NCBI RefSeq assembly: GCF_006345805.1 | Contig: NC_042998.1 | Span: 154,566,001 to 154,630,000, forward strand | DNA length: 64,000 bases | DNA from: Octopus sinensis | Taxonomy: Eukaryota | Direction of reading: 5' to 3' | In this document: positions 12,681 to 25,188 of the stretch, piece by piece | Layout of the letters: each line of letters opens with the position of its first letter | Position numbering within the stretch: position 1 is the first letter of the stretch | Translations under genes and position numbers: made by a program | Notes under the pieces: model-generated | What the model saw: the letters and a program-made list of their open reading frames with translations, nothing else | Database searches by the model: none | What the model was told of the DNA's origin: nothing

Positions 12681-12959
12681 CATATATAAACATATATACA
12701 TATATAAACATATATACATACATATACATATATCAAACTAAGGTTATAGAACAAACAAATGCAAGGTCATCCACATAACATTTCATAACTCGAACATTTA
12801 CTCATAGAATATACATTTAAACATCACGGAAGATGGAACATAACTCATCTGTACAAGCATATAAGAAAGTGCGAGAAAAAATGTGTGAATACAGTTCATC
12901 ACGGTTAAAAGCTAATACTTTAGCAATCAAGAAAAAAATATTTTTTAAAAAAACCATTA

Positions 12960-14360
12960 CAACACTTAGAAAGTAAATACGGTTTGCTTCTGTACTTGGC
13001 TGTTTCATCTTTTGGTTTTGTTTGAGTTTTAGTTTTTCCTTCTTTGGCTGTTTCATCTTTTGTTTTTCTTTTAGTTTTTCCTCCTTTTACTTCTTTGTTG
13101 GCTCTTTCATCTCCATGGTTTTAGCTTTTGGTGCTGGTAGGGGCACTTGCACTTGGGTTTACTTCCCGGCCAGGTTTCTCACTTGAATCTTCTTTGTTGT
13201 CCTGGGTGTCTACCAAGTGGGGGTGACATCTTTCATCAGCACCCGTGCCTCCATCCTTGCCATCTTTACTTTGTTCATTGTCAAAGATGGCATCAAGCGT
13301 GTTGATGTGGGATCTTATGAGTGCATAGGAGTGTATAAACTGCTTCTTTCGCTCTATCTGTGCTAACGTCCTTGTGTATCCATTGCTCTTCAGTGCAGCT
13401 GTAATTATGTTGTTCGGATTATCTCCGTCGGCGCATTGCCAGGCTCTCAAGAACAACGCCAATTCCATGCTCCTCCAGGTTCCTGACCTTTTTGGATATT
13501 TTATTTATCTATCTAATTATATTTAAAATTTAATAGTGTGATAGTGGGTAGAGAAGAAATCAAGAAAGAAATTGTCTCTGTATTAAGAGAGATTGAGAGG
13601 TGAGAGAAGATAAGAAGAGAGTAAGAGAGAATGAGAGGAGAAAGTTAGCGTCTATATATTTAGAAAGATTGAGAGGCTGAGAGAGGAAAGATGGTGTGAC
13701 AGAGAGAAGTGAAGAGACAGAGAAAGAGGCGTGAGGGAGAGAATTGAAGAGGCAGAGAGAGAAAGAAATGAAAGAGAGGAGGTTATGTGACAAATAAATA
13801 TATATCTACCTGCAGCTATGAAAGTTCTCTAAGCTAATTATAAATATCTATCTATCCACAACTGCCAGAGAAGTGGAGAGACAGAGAGAGAAAGAAATGA
13901 AAGAGAGGAGGTTGTGCAACAAATAAATATATATCTATCTGCAGCTACGAAAGTTCTAAGAGAATTTTCTTCTGAACTAATTACAACTATATTTCTAATA
14001 TTCGCGTCTATATATTTAGGAAGATTGAGAGGCTGAGTGAAAATAAAGAAAAATATATATATATAAATAAAACAACAAATAAATATACACCTATCTAAAG
14101 TTGAATAATTATAAAGAGATATAGTGAGAAATTGACAAAAACAAAGCTGAAACAGAAATTGAAAGATTATTAACAGAATGTAAATTATAAACAGATACCT
14201 ATCTGTAGCTACGAAAGTTTTCTTCTAAACTAATTGCGACTATACTTCTAATGTTTGTGTCTATATATTTAGGAAGATTGAGGGGCTGAGTAAATATATA
14301 TATATATAAATAAAGCAACAAATACATATATGCCCATCTAAAATTGAATAATTTTAAAGT
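12960..14360 (-). mobile_element. Related LINE 5' fragment: modular 5' UTR plus ORF1 N-terminus
   Basis: ORF 13121..13468 (MELALFLRAWQCADGDNPNNIITAALKSNGYTRT...SYALIRSHINTLD) aligns with the ORF1 start at 8645-8850. Boundaries are approximate. Confidence 0.75.
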
Positions 14361-14368
14361 AAATATAT

Positions 14369-14746
14369 GTGTGGTAAGTAGCTTGCTAACCAACCACATG
14401 GTTCCGGGTTCAGTCCCACTGCGTGGCATCTTGGGCAAGTGTCTTCTGCTATAGCCCCGGGCCGACCAAAGCCTTGTGAGTGGATTTGGTAGACAAACTG
14501 GAAGAAGCCTGTCGTATATATGTGTATATATATATGTATATGTGTGTGTTTGTGTTTGTCCCCCTAGCATTGCTTGACAACCGATGCTGGTGTGTTTACG
14601 TCCCCGTCACTTAGCGGTTCGGCAAGAGAGACCAATAGAATAAGTACTAGCCTTACAAAGAATAAGTCCCGGGGTCGATTTGCTCGACTAAAGGCGGTGC
14701 TCCAGCATGGCCACAGTCAAATGACTGAAACAAGTAAAAGAGTAAA
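14369..14746 (+). mobile_element. tRNA-derived SINE with a CORE-like segment and a LINE-derived 3' tail
   Basis: A-box-like gtggtaagtagc, B-box-like ggttcagtccc, CORE-like cttgggcaagtgtctt and an internal TA/TG tract. The tail is ggcggtgctccagcatggccacagtcaaatgactgaaacaagtaaaagagtaaa. Confidence 0.8.
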
Positions 14747-14759
14747 TATATATATATAT

Positions 14760-15328
<569 letters not shown>

Positions 15329-18300
15329 GATTTTGATTTGATTTTGATTTTTCCAGTTTCAGCTCATGAGCTGTGGCCATGCTGGGGCACCGCCATTTGG
15401 TTTGCTACATGATTTTACCTCACGAATGCTTTTTAGCAACTGCCATTTGGTGCATGAGAGAGTTCGATGCAGCTGCCCTCATCTGCACCTCCTGCCGTGA
15501 AGTTGGTTCATTTGGGACACCTGACAGGAAGAGATCCAGTCCTACTTTAAAGACATCCGCATCTACATCATGCAGGTCCCTCAGGTTCTTCGGGAGGATA
15601 TTGAAGAGCTCTGGGCCCTGGAAGCCCAGGCTATCACAGTATCTTGTCCTACATCTTGATGGCAAATTTGGTGTCCTTGGTACTACACAGTGGCGCCCGG
15701 TTCTGGTATTTGTGTGACTCTCGATGCCAAAGTTTGGGACAAGTCCTTCCAGGATCTTCCAGATATATATTATGGCATATCTTTCTCGCCTACGCTCCAG
15801 GGAATAGAGCTTTAATCTCTTGAGTCTTTCCCAGTAGCTTATATGCTGCACAGAGGCTATCTTCTTCGTGTAGCTTCGTTGGATCGCCTCAAGTTCTGTG
15901 ATCAACTTGACACTGGATGGTGACCATAGCTGAGAGCAATAGTCAAAGTGGCTTAGGACAAGTGTCTTCCAGAGGACCATCATGGTTTCTTGTTCTCTTG
16001 TTCTAAAGGTTCTAAGAATCCATCCGGCCAGCCGTCTACATTTCATTGCCAGTTTAGCAACATGTACATGAAAGGTCGCGTCATCACTTATGTGAATACC
16101 CAGGTCACACACTGATTGTGCCTCTGGGATTGCAATCCCTCCGGGTCCAGTGTATTCATTGGGTATTGCATTCAGTTTTGCATGCTGATAGCATAAAGCT
16201 TGAAACTTTTCAGCATTGAACTGCATGCTATTCTTTTCAGCCCACTTGTACATTTTGACCAGCTCACATTGCAGGTGCTTAATGTCTTCAGGGTTCTGTA
16301 TTGCCTGTGAAACTTTTGTATCATCTGCATAACTTGTGATCTCTGCGTGGCTGAGGGCATGTCTGAGAGGGCCATTATGAACAGTAGTGGTCCCAAAACA
16401 GTGCCCTGCGGAACACCGCTCACTATTTGCGTGTTAATGGAAGTGGCTCCCATTGGCTACTACCACCTGACTTCTATTCCGCAGAAAGTCATGAAGCCAT
16501 TCTCCCAATTTTCCAACTATGCGAAGATCACGCAGTTTGTGACATATCATTCCATGATCGACTTTATCAAAGGCCTTTGCAAAGTCGAGATATATCACTT
16601 CCACATTTGAGTGGTTGAGCAGTTGTTTCAGCACCCAGTCATAGTGTTGTAGGAGCTGAGTTAAGCAGCTTCTTCCTGGTCGGAAACCATGTTGGGTGTT
16701 GGGCAGCAAGTCATTTTCTTCAAGGAAGGTGATTAGTTTCCTTCTGACTATTTGTTCCATGACCTTGCTGATGTGTGAGGACGGAGAGATAGGTCTGTAG
16801 TTCTTGGCCTCTGCTCTGCTACCTCCTTTATGAATAGGGCATATTTTACCTTCCTTCAGTTTTCTTGGAAGTTTTCCAGTTGCAAGGAAGCTCTGAAAGA
16901 GAGACTGCAGTGGTCTTGCTAGGACTCTCTTACATACTTTTAGAAGGATTGCCGGGAATCCATCGGGGCCAGTAGCTGAGTTTGTTTTCATCTCATCTAT
17001 AGCCTTTATTACATTGTCTTCCTTTATATTAATGTAATCAATCATCGCCGCCTCTGACCCCATATCTGCAGTGGTGAAGAATTTAGTTGGATTGCTGATT
17101 TGGAAATGCCCAAGGGGTGGGGTGAAAACACTCTTGAATTGCTCATTTAGTATTTCACTTACCCTCATTGGATTTCCTGTGAGTGTGCCATCCCTTTCAA
17201 GGAGTGGCCCTATCCTACAGTGCACTGTAGCTGTTTCTTTGGCATACCTGTAGAAAGCTCTGGGGTTAGATTTTATGTTGTCTATAGCCCAGGCTTCTTT
17301 GTCTGCTCTTTCCTTTTCATGGGAGAGTTGCAGACATTTTTCAAATTCCAACAGTTTCATTTTCAGGCGGGACTTTTCACTGCTTTCAATTTGTTTGTTT
17401 AGGCGATTTGAGATTTTTGTGCGCCTTCTCATTAGAATTTTCCTTTCTCTGGGGATTTTGTTCTTGTGTATAGTGGCCTTTCTCTCTGGGACACATTTGT
17501 AGCATATGGCTTGCATTACAGACATGAATTGTTGAAGTTTCATGTCGATGTCCGGCGAGGAGAGACATTCAGGCCAGTTTTGTTTGAGGATCTCTTTCTC
17601 AATTTGTTTCCAGTTTGCCTTATTGAAGTTCAAGCTGGAAAGATTCTGAGAGTTTCTTGTAGGCTGCATGTCCATACTTTCCTTTGGCCCGTACATGGTC
17701 AGCTCTACCATGTTGTGATCCGAGAGTAGTGTCGGTGTCACTTTCACATTATGGATGAGATCCATATTATTTGTGAAGCAGAGATCCAGTGTGTTACCTG
17801 CTCTGGTTGGTTGGAGTGTTACTTGCTCTATGTACAGGGTGTTGATGAGGTTCAGGAGGGACCTCGCCTGTCCTCGTTCACATCGTGTCATTCCTGGGAG
17901 AGAAAGGCCCTCGGGCCATCTGACATTGGGTAGATTGAAGTCTCCCATGAGAAGTACACTTATGTGTTGTTCTAGTGTGACTAGAACTTCTTCTATTTTT
18001 ATAAGGCAGTCTTCAAACTTGCCCATATGGCTTGGGACATCTGGAGGGCGATATGTAGCACACACAACCACACCAAGTTGCCTTACATGTACAATTAGTG
18101 TGTCACACACCGAGTTTGAGTATGACAAAAGGACCTGGGGTGTGAGGTCCTCACGGATGTACATAGCAACTCCTCCATGACTCCTTTCTTTTCTGTCGGT
18201 CCGTAGTACAACATACTGTGGTATGTGTAATTCCGCATCCGCTATGTCCGGTTTTAGGTGTGTTTCCGTAAGTGCTATGCATAAGGCTTGATTGCATGCA

Positions 18301-18615
18301 ACAAAGTCTCTCAAGAACGGGACTTTTGTCCTGTTACTGTGTGTTAGTAGTCCTCTGATGTTCAGTAGGAGCATCGAGGTGAGGTGTATGGTGTTGCCGG
18401 TGGTGTCCACCTTGGGTCTATTTGCTGTGGTGGTCTTGTGAACTGTGGATAGTCCCATCTGCGAGCTTGAGTTTGATGGAGCCAGGTTAGCTGCTGTACA
18501 ATCTTTTGTGCCATGCACAAAAAAGATTGTTGTTCAGCAGCTGCCCTTTCAACAACACGTTGGCGGTTTGTGGCATGCACCACATCTGCGTACCTCCGTT
18601 TTGGGTACCTCCGTT
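15329..18615 (-). mobile_element. CR1/L2-group LINE, near-intact ORF2 plus ORF1 C-terminus, (AAATC)n tail
   Basis: The 694-aa ORF 16434..18518 holds APE (LLNIRGL, LTETHL, GGVA, MGDFN, SDH) and the RT N-half. RT continues in 16172..16453 and 15420..16253. The tail stem-loop is at 15360-15373. Confidence 0.93.
16434..18518 (-). CDS. LINE ORF2 APE endonuclease and N-terminal RT, frameshifted at its 3' end
   Basis: Uninterrupted 694-codon frame with the conserved APE and RT motifs listed above. Confidence 0.88.
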   Translation of the reverse strand: MHGTKDCTAANLAPSNSSSQMGLSTVHKTTTANRPKVDTTGNTIHLTSMLLLNIRGLLTHSNRTKVPFLRDFVACNQALCIALTETHLKPDIADAELHIPQYVVLRTDRKERSHGGVAMYIREDLTPQVLLSYSNSVCDTLIVHVRQLGVVVCATYRPPDVPSHMGKFEDCLIKIEEVLVTLEQHISVLLMGDFNLPNVRWPEGLSLPGMTRCERGQARSLLNLINTLYIEQVTLQPTRAGNTLDLCFTNNMDLIHNVKVTPTLLSDHNMVELTMYGPKESMDMQPTRNSQNLSSLNFNKANWKQIEKEILKQNWPECLSSPDIDMKLQQFMSVMQAICYKCVPERKATIHKNKIPRERKILMRRRTKISNRLNKQIESSEKSRLKMKLLEFEKCLQLSHEKERADKEAWAIDNIKSNPRAFYRYAKETATVHCRIGPLLERDGTLTGNPMRVSEILNEQFKSVFTPPLGHFQISNPTKFFTTADMGSEAAMIDYINIKEDNVIKAIDEMKTNSATGPDGFPAILLKVCKRVLARPLQSLFQSFLATGKLPRKLKEGKICPIHKGGSRAEAKNYRPISPSSHISKVMEQIVRRKLITFLEENDLLPNTQHGFRPGRSCLTQLLQHYDWVLKQLLNHSNVEVIYLDFAKAFDKVDHGMICHKLRDLRIVGKLGEWLHDFLRNRSQVVVANGSHFH

Positions 18616-19157
18616 ATATATATATATATATATATATAAAGCAACAAATAAATATATGCCTATCTAAAATGGAATAATTTTAAAGAGATGTATTGAGAAA
18701 TTGACAAAAACGGAGCTGAAAAAGAAATTGAAAGATTATTAACAGAATGTTAAATAGAGAATAGGTCCTTACATTGAATTATGGAAAATTAAACAAATGA
18801 AAGGTGGTACCTATCTTATAAGAGGTAGAAGTCCCCAAATCGTGTCCCTATACGAAGAGGTTTTCTTTCAAAAAAGAAAAGAAAACAGTTCTTTTTGTTT
18901 GTTACTGTCGATTGAGATGTCACCACGTGCTTCTTCGACAGGAAATCTGGCATGCGTAATTAACTCTAGTGTATTATATTAGGCTTGAAGTGAAATATAT
19001 TACGGTTTTTAACTAATATATCCTAGGAGGCCGCTATGAGATAGCAAGTTCTACGTTTTTTATCAGTTTTGGCAGTTTATTTCATCGATTTATGCAAATG
19101 TTTTTGTTTTTCTATCACAGAGCAAAGCAACACGTCTTTCCCCTATGAAAACCGGAA

Positions 19158-19191
<34 letters not shown>

Positions 19192-19263
19192 CCATGTTGA
19201 TTCGTTAGCTACTGCACGCATTTTTTTTCTCTCCTTCTTTCTGTGTTTTTCTCTCTCTGTGTA

Positions 19264-19301
19264 TCTTTCTGTTGAAGAGCGTAGGCTCGAAACGTTAAAG
19301 A
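19264..19301 (+). ncRNA. Minimal type I HHR-like motif with variant core CUGUUGA, inside a PLE terminal-repeat fragment (about 19190-19399)
   Basis: Stem I UCUUU/AAAGA; core CUGUUGA plus an extra A; stem II GAGC-GUAG-GCUC; GAAA; palindromic ACGU; H17 = U. Confidence 0.55.
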
Positions 19302-19599
19302 CTTGTTTTATTTATATTTCCTGAGCGCCATACTAATACAATTGTTCGTTTGTTTTCCACCTGCCTTCATCTTTTGTTTATTTTCATAAAGCTTCCCGTT
19401 ATATATATATATATATATATGTATGTATATATATATGTATGTATATATATATGTATGTATATATATATGTATATGTATATATATGTATATGTATATATAT
19501 GTATATGTATATATATGTATATATATATATATATGTATATATGTATATATATGTATATATATATGTATATGTATATATATATGTATATGTATATATATG

Positions 19600-19630
<31 letters not shown>

Positions 19631-20067
19631 ATGTATGTATATATATATATAATAATAATATTAGGGAGTAAATCCAAACTTACAGGGAAAAATTAGATTT
19701 ATGATTAAATCTAATTTTACAGTAAAAATATATATATTGAATTAGAGATAAAACCACACATATATAAATGTATATATGTATATGTATATACATATATAAA
19801 CGTATATATGTATATATATATGTGTGTGTGTATATATATATATAAATGTATATATGTATATATATACATATATATATGTATATATATGTATATGTACAAA
19901 TTGAGATAGGGGTTGTTAATGCAACCCACCATGGGATACCATATATCCAATATACTGCTTGTGAGGTACCCAACAAAGTTAATACATAAATGTTAAGAAT
20001 TGCGATGCAATTAATTCATTTATTGTATTATATGGGCGAAAGTAAAATGTTTTACCACAAATTCATA

Positions 20068-21084
20068 ATACAAAATAAGAAAATGGAGAAATACATCAAA
20101 ATCAAATATCAATTACCAGATAATACTCAATCACATACTTTATTAAACCACTACATAAGAAACCATAAGGTTAAACATAATAATGCAGGGTAAAACTGTG
20201 TACATGAAGGAGTGTACATAAAATAGTAATGTTATACAATAAGGAGAAAACGTATAATAGAACATAAATATAAGTACACATAAATATAATATCTTACAGC
20301 TGTTTCGGCCATGTAGATAAGCATGTCTCATTCAACTCATATTAGCCATTTATGTTATTGACCTACCATAAATGGCTAATATGAGTTGAATGAGACATGC
20401 TTATCTACATGGCCAAAACAGCTGTAAGATATAGTCTATATTTATATTTATGTGTACTTATATTTATGTTCTACTAGCAGTATCGCCCGGCGTTGCTCGG
20501 GTTTGTAAGGGAAATAACTATATAAGCATTTTTAGAGAGTTACTTCCCTTATAGATGCCAATTCGGGCTTTCTTAGCCATTTCTGTTTTGGTGTCTTCAA
20601 GCCATGAAGTCGTTGTTCCAAAAGAACGCTGGTCTCCTTGACAACGCTTTACGACGTTGATTTCCTTACACTCCCTTCCCCACAGCTTCACGAGGGAGAG
20701 GGAGGGAAGAAGGGGAGAAGCAAACAGGTGCAGGTGTGACCATGGACGCCAACTCCGCCGCCATCGACACATGAAAAATTATGCATTAAATGGAATAAAA
20801 AATCATGTTAAATTATTTTTAAAATCGTAGACTCATCGTAGACGCGCGCTAATACTCAGACGGGCTCACACAACTACAGTTTTATATATATAGATTATAC
20901 GTATTCTCCTTATTGTATAACATTACTATTTTATGTACACTCCTTCATGTACACCGTTTTACCCTGCATTATTATGTTTAACCTTATGGTTTCTTATGTA
21001 GTGGTTTAATAAAGTATGTGATAGAGTATTATCTGGTAATTGATATTTGATTTTGATGTATTTCTCCATTTTCTTATTTTGTAT
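20068..21084. repeat. Large fold-back: arms 20068-20354 and 20367-21084 (right arm split by a Helitron), 12-nt loop
   Basis: The arms match by eye over about 287 bp with a few substitutions and one small indel. The loop is ttattgacctac. Confidence 0.92.
20474..20894 (-). mobile_element. Non-autonomous Helitron
   Basis: On - it reads 5'-TC...CTAG-3' with the GC hairpin cccggcgttgctcggg about 11 nt from the 3' end. It sits between A and T with no TSD. The empty site ttcta|ttatacg is preserved in the opposite palindrome arm. Confidence 0.9.
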
Positions 21085-21458
21085 ATGTATATGTATATAC
21101 ATATATATGTATATGTATATGATTATATATATATGTATATAAATATATGTATATACATATATGTATGTTGTTATATTTCGGAATGGTCATTGTGCCAGTT
21201 TAGCCAATAAATATATATACATATATATATATAATAATATATATATACATATATATACATATATGTATGTATATATGTATATGCATATATATATGTATAT
21301 ACATATATATGTATATATATATGTATATATGTGTATGTATATATATATATATATATATGTATATATGTGTATGTGTATGTGTGTATATATATATATATAT
21401 ACATATGTATGTATATATATGTATATGTATATACATATGTATATATATCTATATATAA

Positions 21459-21495
<37 letters not shown>

Positions 21496-21547
21496 AATGT
21501 ATATAAACATATATACATATATATATGTATATATACATATATACATA

Positions 21548-24500
21548 CATCATCATCATCATCATCGTTTAACGTCCGCTTTCCATGCTAGCATGGGTTG
21601 GATGGTTCAACTGGGGTCTGGGGAGCCCGAAGGCTGCACCAGGCCTGTCAGATCTGGCAGTGTTTCTACAGCTGGCTGCCTTCCTAACGCCAACCACTCC
21701 GAGAGTGTAGTGGGTGATTTTACGTGCCACCGACACAGGTGCCAGACGAGGCTGGTGAACGGCCACGCTCGGATGGTGTTTTTTATGTGCCACCGACACA
21801 GGTGCCAGACGAGGCTGGCGGACGGCCACGCTTGGATGGTGTTTTTTATGTGCCACCGACACAGGTGCCAGACGAGGCTGGCGAACGGCCACGATCGGAT
21901 GGTGTTTGTTACGTGCTCACAGCATGGAGGCCAGTCGATGCGGTACTGGTACCACAAAGATACAAATTCCATTGATGTTCATCTATTTTGATTTGGTCCC
22001 GGTCTCTAGTCATTTCCTTGGTGAGACCTAAAGTTCAAAAGTCGTGCTTCATCACCTCGTCCCAGGTTTTCCTGGGTCTGCCTTCTCCACACGTTCCCTC
22101 AACTGCTAGGGTGTAGCACTTTTGCACACAACTATCTTCAGCCATTCTCGTCACATGACCATTCCAGCGCAGACGTCTCTCTTGCACACCACAACTGATG
22201 CTTCTTAGGTTCAACTTTTCTCTCAAGGTACTTACACTCTGTCGATTATGAACACTGACATTACACATCCATCGGAGCATACTGGCTTCATTTCTTGCGA
22301 GCTTACGCATATCCTCAGCAGTCACGGCCCATGTTTCACTACTATGTAGCATGGCTGTACGTACACATGCATCATACAGTCTGCCTTTTACTCTGAGTGA
22401 GAGGCCTTTTGTCACCAACAGAGGAAGAGCTCTCTAAACTTTGCCCAGGCTATTCTTACTCTAGCAGTTACACTTTCAGCCCACCCACCCCCGCTACTGA
22501 CTTGGTCACTTAGGTAGCGGAAGCTATCAACTACTTCTAGTTTGTCTCCCTGGAACGTGGTAGAAGTTGGTCTCTGCTCACTTCCAGTGTTTATTGCTCC
22601 TGAGCATCTGCCACAGACAAAAACTATTTTCCTAGTTAGCCTTCCTTTGATATTGCTGCACCTCTTATGTGTCCATAGCTTACATTTGGTGCACCTTATA
22701 GAGTTTCTACGTACACCTTTTTTACAGATCGAGCAGGGTCATCTACCTGAAGTCGTTTGTGATTGGTCCACCTTCCTACTTATTAGGACTTTGGTTTTGG
22801 CTAGGTTGATTCTAATCCTTCGATTCTAATCCTTGGTTCCACACATGAAAATTCTCCTCCAGTTCTGATAGTGACTCAGCAATTAGAGCAAGGTCATCAG
22901 CATAGAGGAGCTCCCAGGGGCATCCTGTCTTGAATTCCTTCGTTATTGCCTGGAGGACTATGATAAATAGGAGGGGACTGAGGACTGAACCTTGGTGGAC
23001 CCCAACCTCTACCCGGAATTCTTCACTGTACTCGTTGCCAACCCTCACCTTACTAACAGCGTCTCTATACATGGCTCGCACAGCTCTCACTAACCATTCA
23101 TCTATCCCTAGTTTCCTCATTGACCACCAGATAAGGGATCGGGGGACCCTGTCAAAGGCTTTCTCCATGTCAACAAAAGCCAGGTACAGGGGCTTATATT
23201 TGGCTAGGTATTTCTACTGCAGCTGTCTTACCAGGAATATAGCATCAGTAGTACTTTTCCCTGGCACGAACCCAAACTGTATCTCATCTAAGCTAACTCT
23301 CTCTCTAATTAATTGGGCTATAACCCTCTCCGTAACCTTCATTACCTGATCCAGCAGCTTGATACCCCTGTAGTTATTTGTATCTAGGGCGTTACCTTTA
23401 CCTTTGTAGCAGTTGACTATTATGCTGCTACACCAGTCATTGTGTATGACTCCTTCGTGTATCACCTGGTTAACTATACGGGTGACTAGGCTATAGCCAA
23501 CACTACCAGATATTTTGAGCATCTCTGCAGTAATTCCTGATGGGCCTGGGGCTTTCCCTGTTTTCATGCTTGTATTTGCCTTAACCACTAAGGAACTGTT
23601 AACTCGGATTGCTGGTCCCTCTGTTGGGTCGACATTCGGCAGACTCTCTTTATCCCATTCATTTTCTTTATTCAGCAACCTTTCAGAGTGGCATCTCCAA
23701 GCCTCTCTCTTTGCATCCTCATTTAGCGCAAGTGAACCGTCATCCTTGCGAATACATTTCTCTCCTACCACGTCACGATTCTCTCTCACACACTGTCTTG
23801 CAACACGAAATACCTCAAGTCTTTCATCCTCACCGCGCAGGACATTGGCAAATTTTTTCTTACCTGCTTCCCCTATGGCTAGATAGACCTGTCTCCTAGC
23901 TTCCCTTCTGGCAGTCTGATACACTTCCCTGCTACCACCGTTCTTCCAGTCCTTCCAAGCCTGTTTCTTTTGTCTAATAGCCCTGTCAACAATATTGTTC
24001 CACCACCAGGTTATTTTGGGTCTTAAGGGGACTTTGCACCAGCCACAGATCTGGTCAGTGGCTTTCAGCAGGTTGTCCCTCAGAAGCGTCCAGTTGTCTT
24101 CTACCCCATGTGTAGCTATACCCACTTCCATTTCGTCAAAGGTTTCAAGTAACATGTCTTTAAAACTCTGTCCATTTGAAGGGTCTTTAAGCTTCCAGAC
24201 CCTTCTTCTCCATGTTGGTCGTCTTCTAGTCGCCCTCTTAGTCCTGATCCTAAAGTCACTAACTACTAGTCTATGTTGTGGGGTGCATTCTTCACCTGGG
24301 AAGGTTTTGGCATTTATAAGCATCCATCTTTCTCTTTTTCTGGCAAGGATGTAGTTGATTTGGCTAGTATGCCGGCCCGATCGGTAGGTGACCAGGTGGC
24401 TTGTCGGTTTCCTGAAGTTAGTGTTGCAAACCATAAGACTATTCGCATCGCAGAACTCCAGCAGCCTGGTTCCCTCCTCGTTACGGGGACCATAACCATA

Positions 24501-24624
24501 GCCTCCATGTACGCCATGGAAGCCCCCAGCATGTCGTCCAACATGCCCATTGAAATCACCAGCCACAAAGAGAAGGTCCCTGTCGTTCGTCAATGACGTG
24601 GTCTGCAGTAGGGTGTCATAGAAA
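21548..24624 (-). mobile_element. RTE-clade LINE, 5'-truncated and disrupted
   Basis: ORFs 23214..24593, 22812..23168 (KAFDRVP, HQGSVLSPLLF, YADD) and 22035..22418. The 3' UTR has 63-bp repeats and a (GAT)n tail at 21548. Confidence 0.93.
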
Positions 24625-24659
24625 GATAGCAGTCTTGTGAAGAGAACAGTAATGTGACA

Positions 24660-25047
24660 AATACCTTATCATATAGCATGAAATTCATCGTCTGTGAGTA
24701 TGAAATTCCTCCTCATATCTCTGGAAATTTACATCTACACTACGGATTAATTCACCTTCTCTGTGAAGCTAATAAGCTTTTTTTAAAAACCTGTGATAAG
24801 ACTGTGCATCATCATTAAAGAACTTCGGAAGTCTGTTTACAACCTAAATCTGCTTTTAATGAAATTATCTCCAATACTTCATGAGTATAGCCTCACCCAC
24901 TAAGATGTTTGGAGAACTCATATGTGTTTTAGCTGATGAATACGGGACACTTTTATCTGCTGCAATATTTGCAACTTTTAATAAAGCCTGTCTTTGTATG
25001 AAACAATTGTACTAAAAACTAATTCATTCTTGTTGCTTCTTTCTCGT
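24660..25047 (+). mobile_element. HHR-bearing PLE-type terminal fragment, family copy 1
   Basis: Reverse-complement homolog of 45172-45520. Both copies end ...gttgcttctttctcg at a TA tract. Confidence 0.75.
24927..25017 (+). ncRNA. Type I hammerhead ribozyme
   Basis: Stem I UUUUAG/CUAAAA; CUGAUGA at 24933-24939; stem II AUAC/GUAU, extendable; GAAA at 25000-25003; palindromic stem III ACAAUUGU; predicted cut after A25011. Confidence 0.82.
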
Positions 25048-25058
25048 ATATATATATA

Positions 25059-25115
<57 letters not shown>

Positions 25116-25188
25116 TTATATATATTATATATAATATATATATTATATAATATATATAATATATGATATATATATATATATATATATA

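Noticed and set aside
12760-12830. HHR-like ctatgag...gaaatgtt on -
   Set aside because: It lacks G5 of the core and has no stem I.
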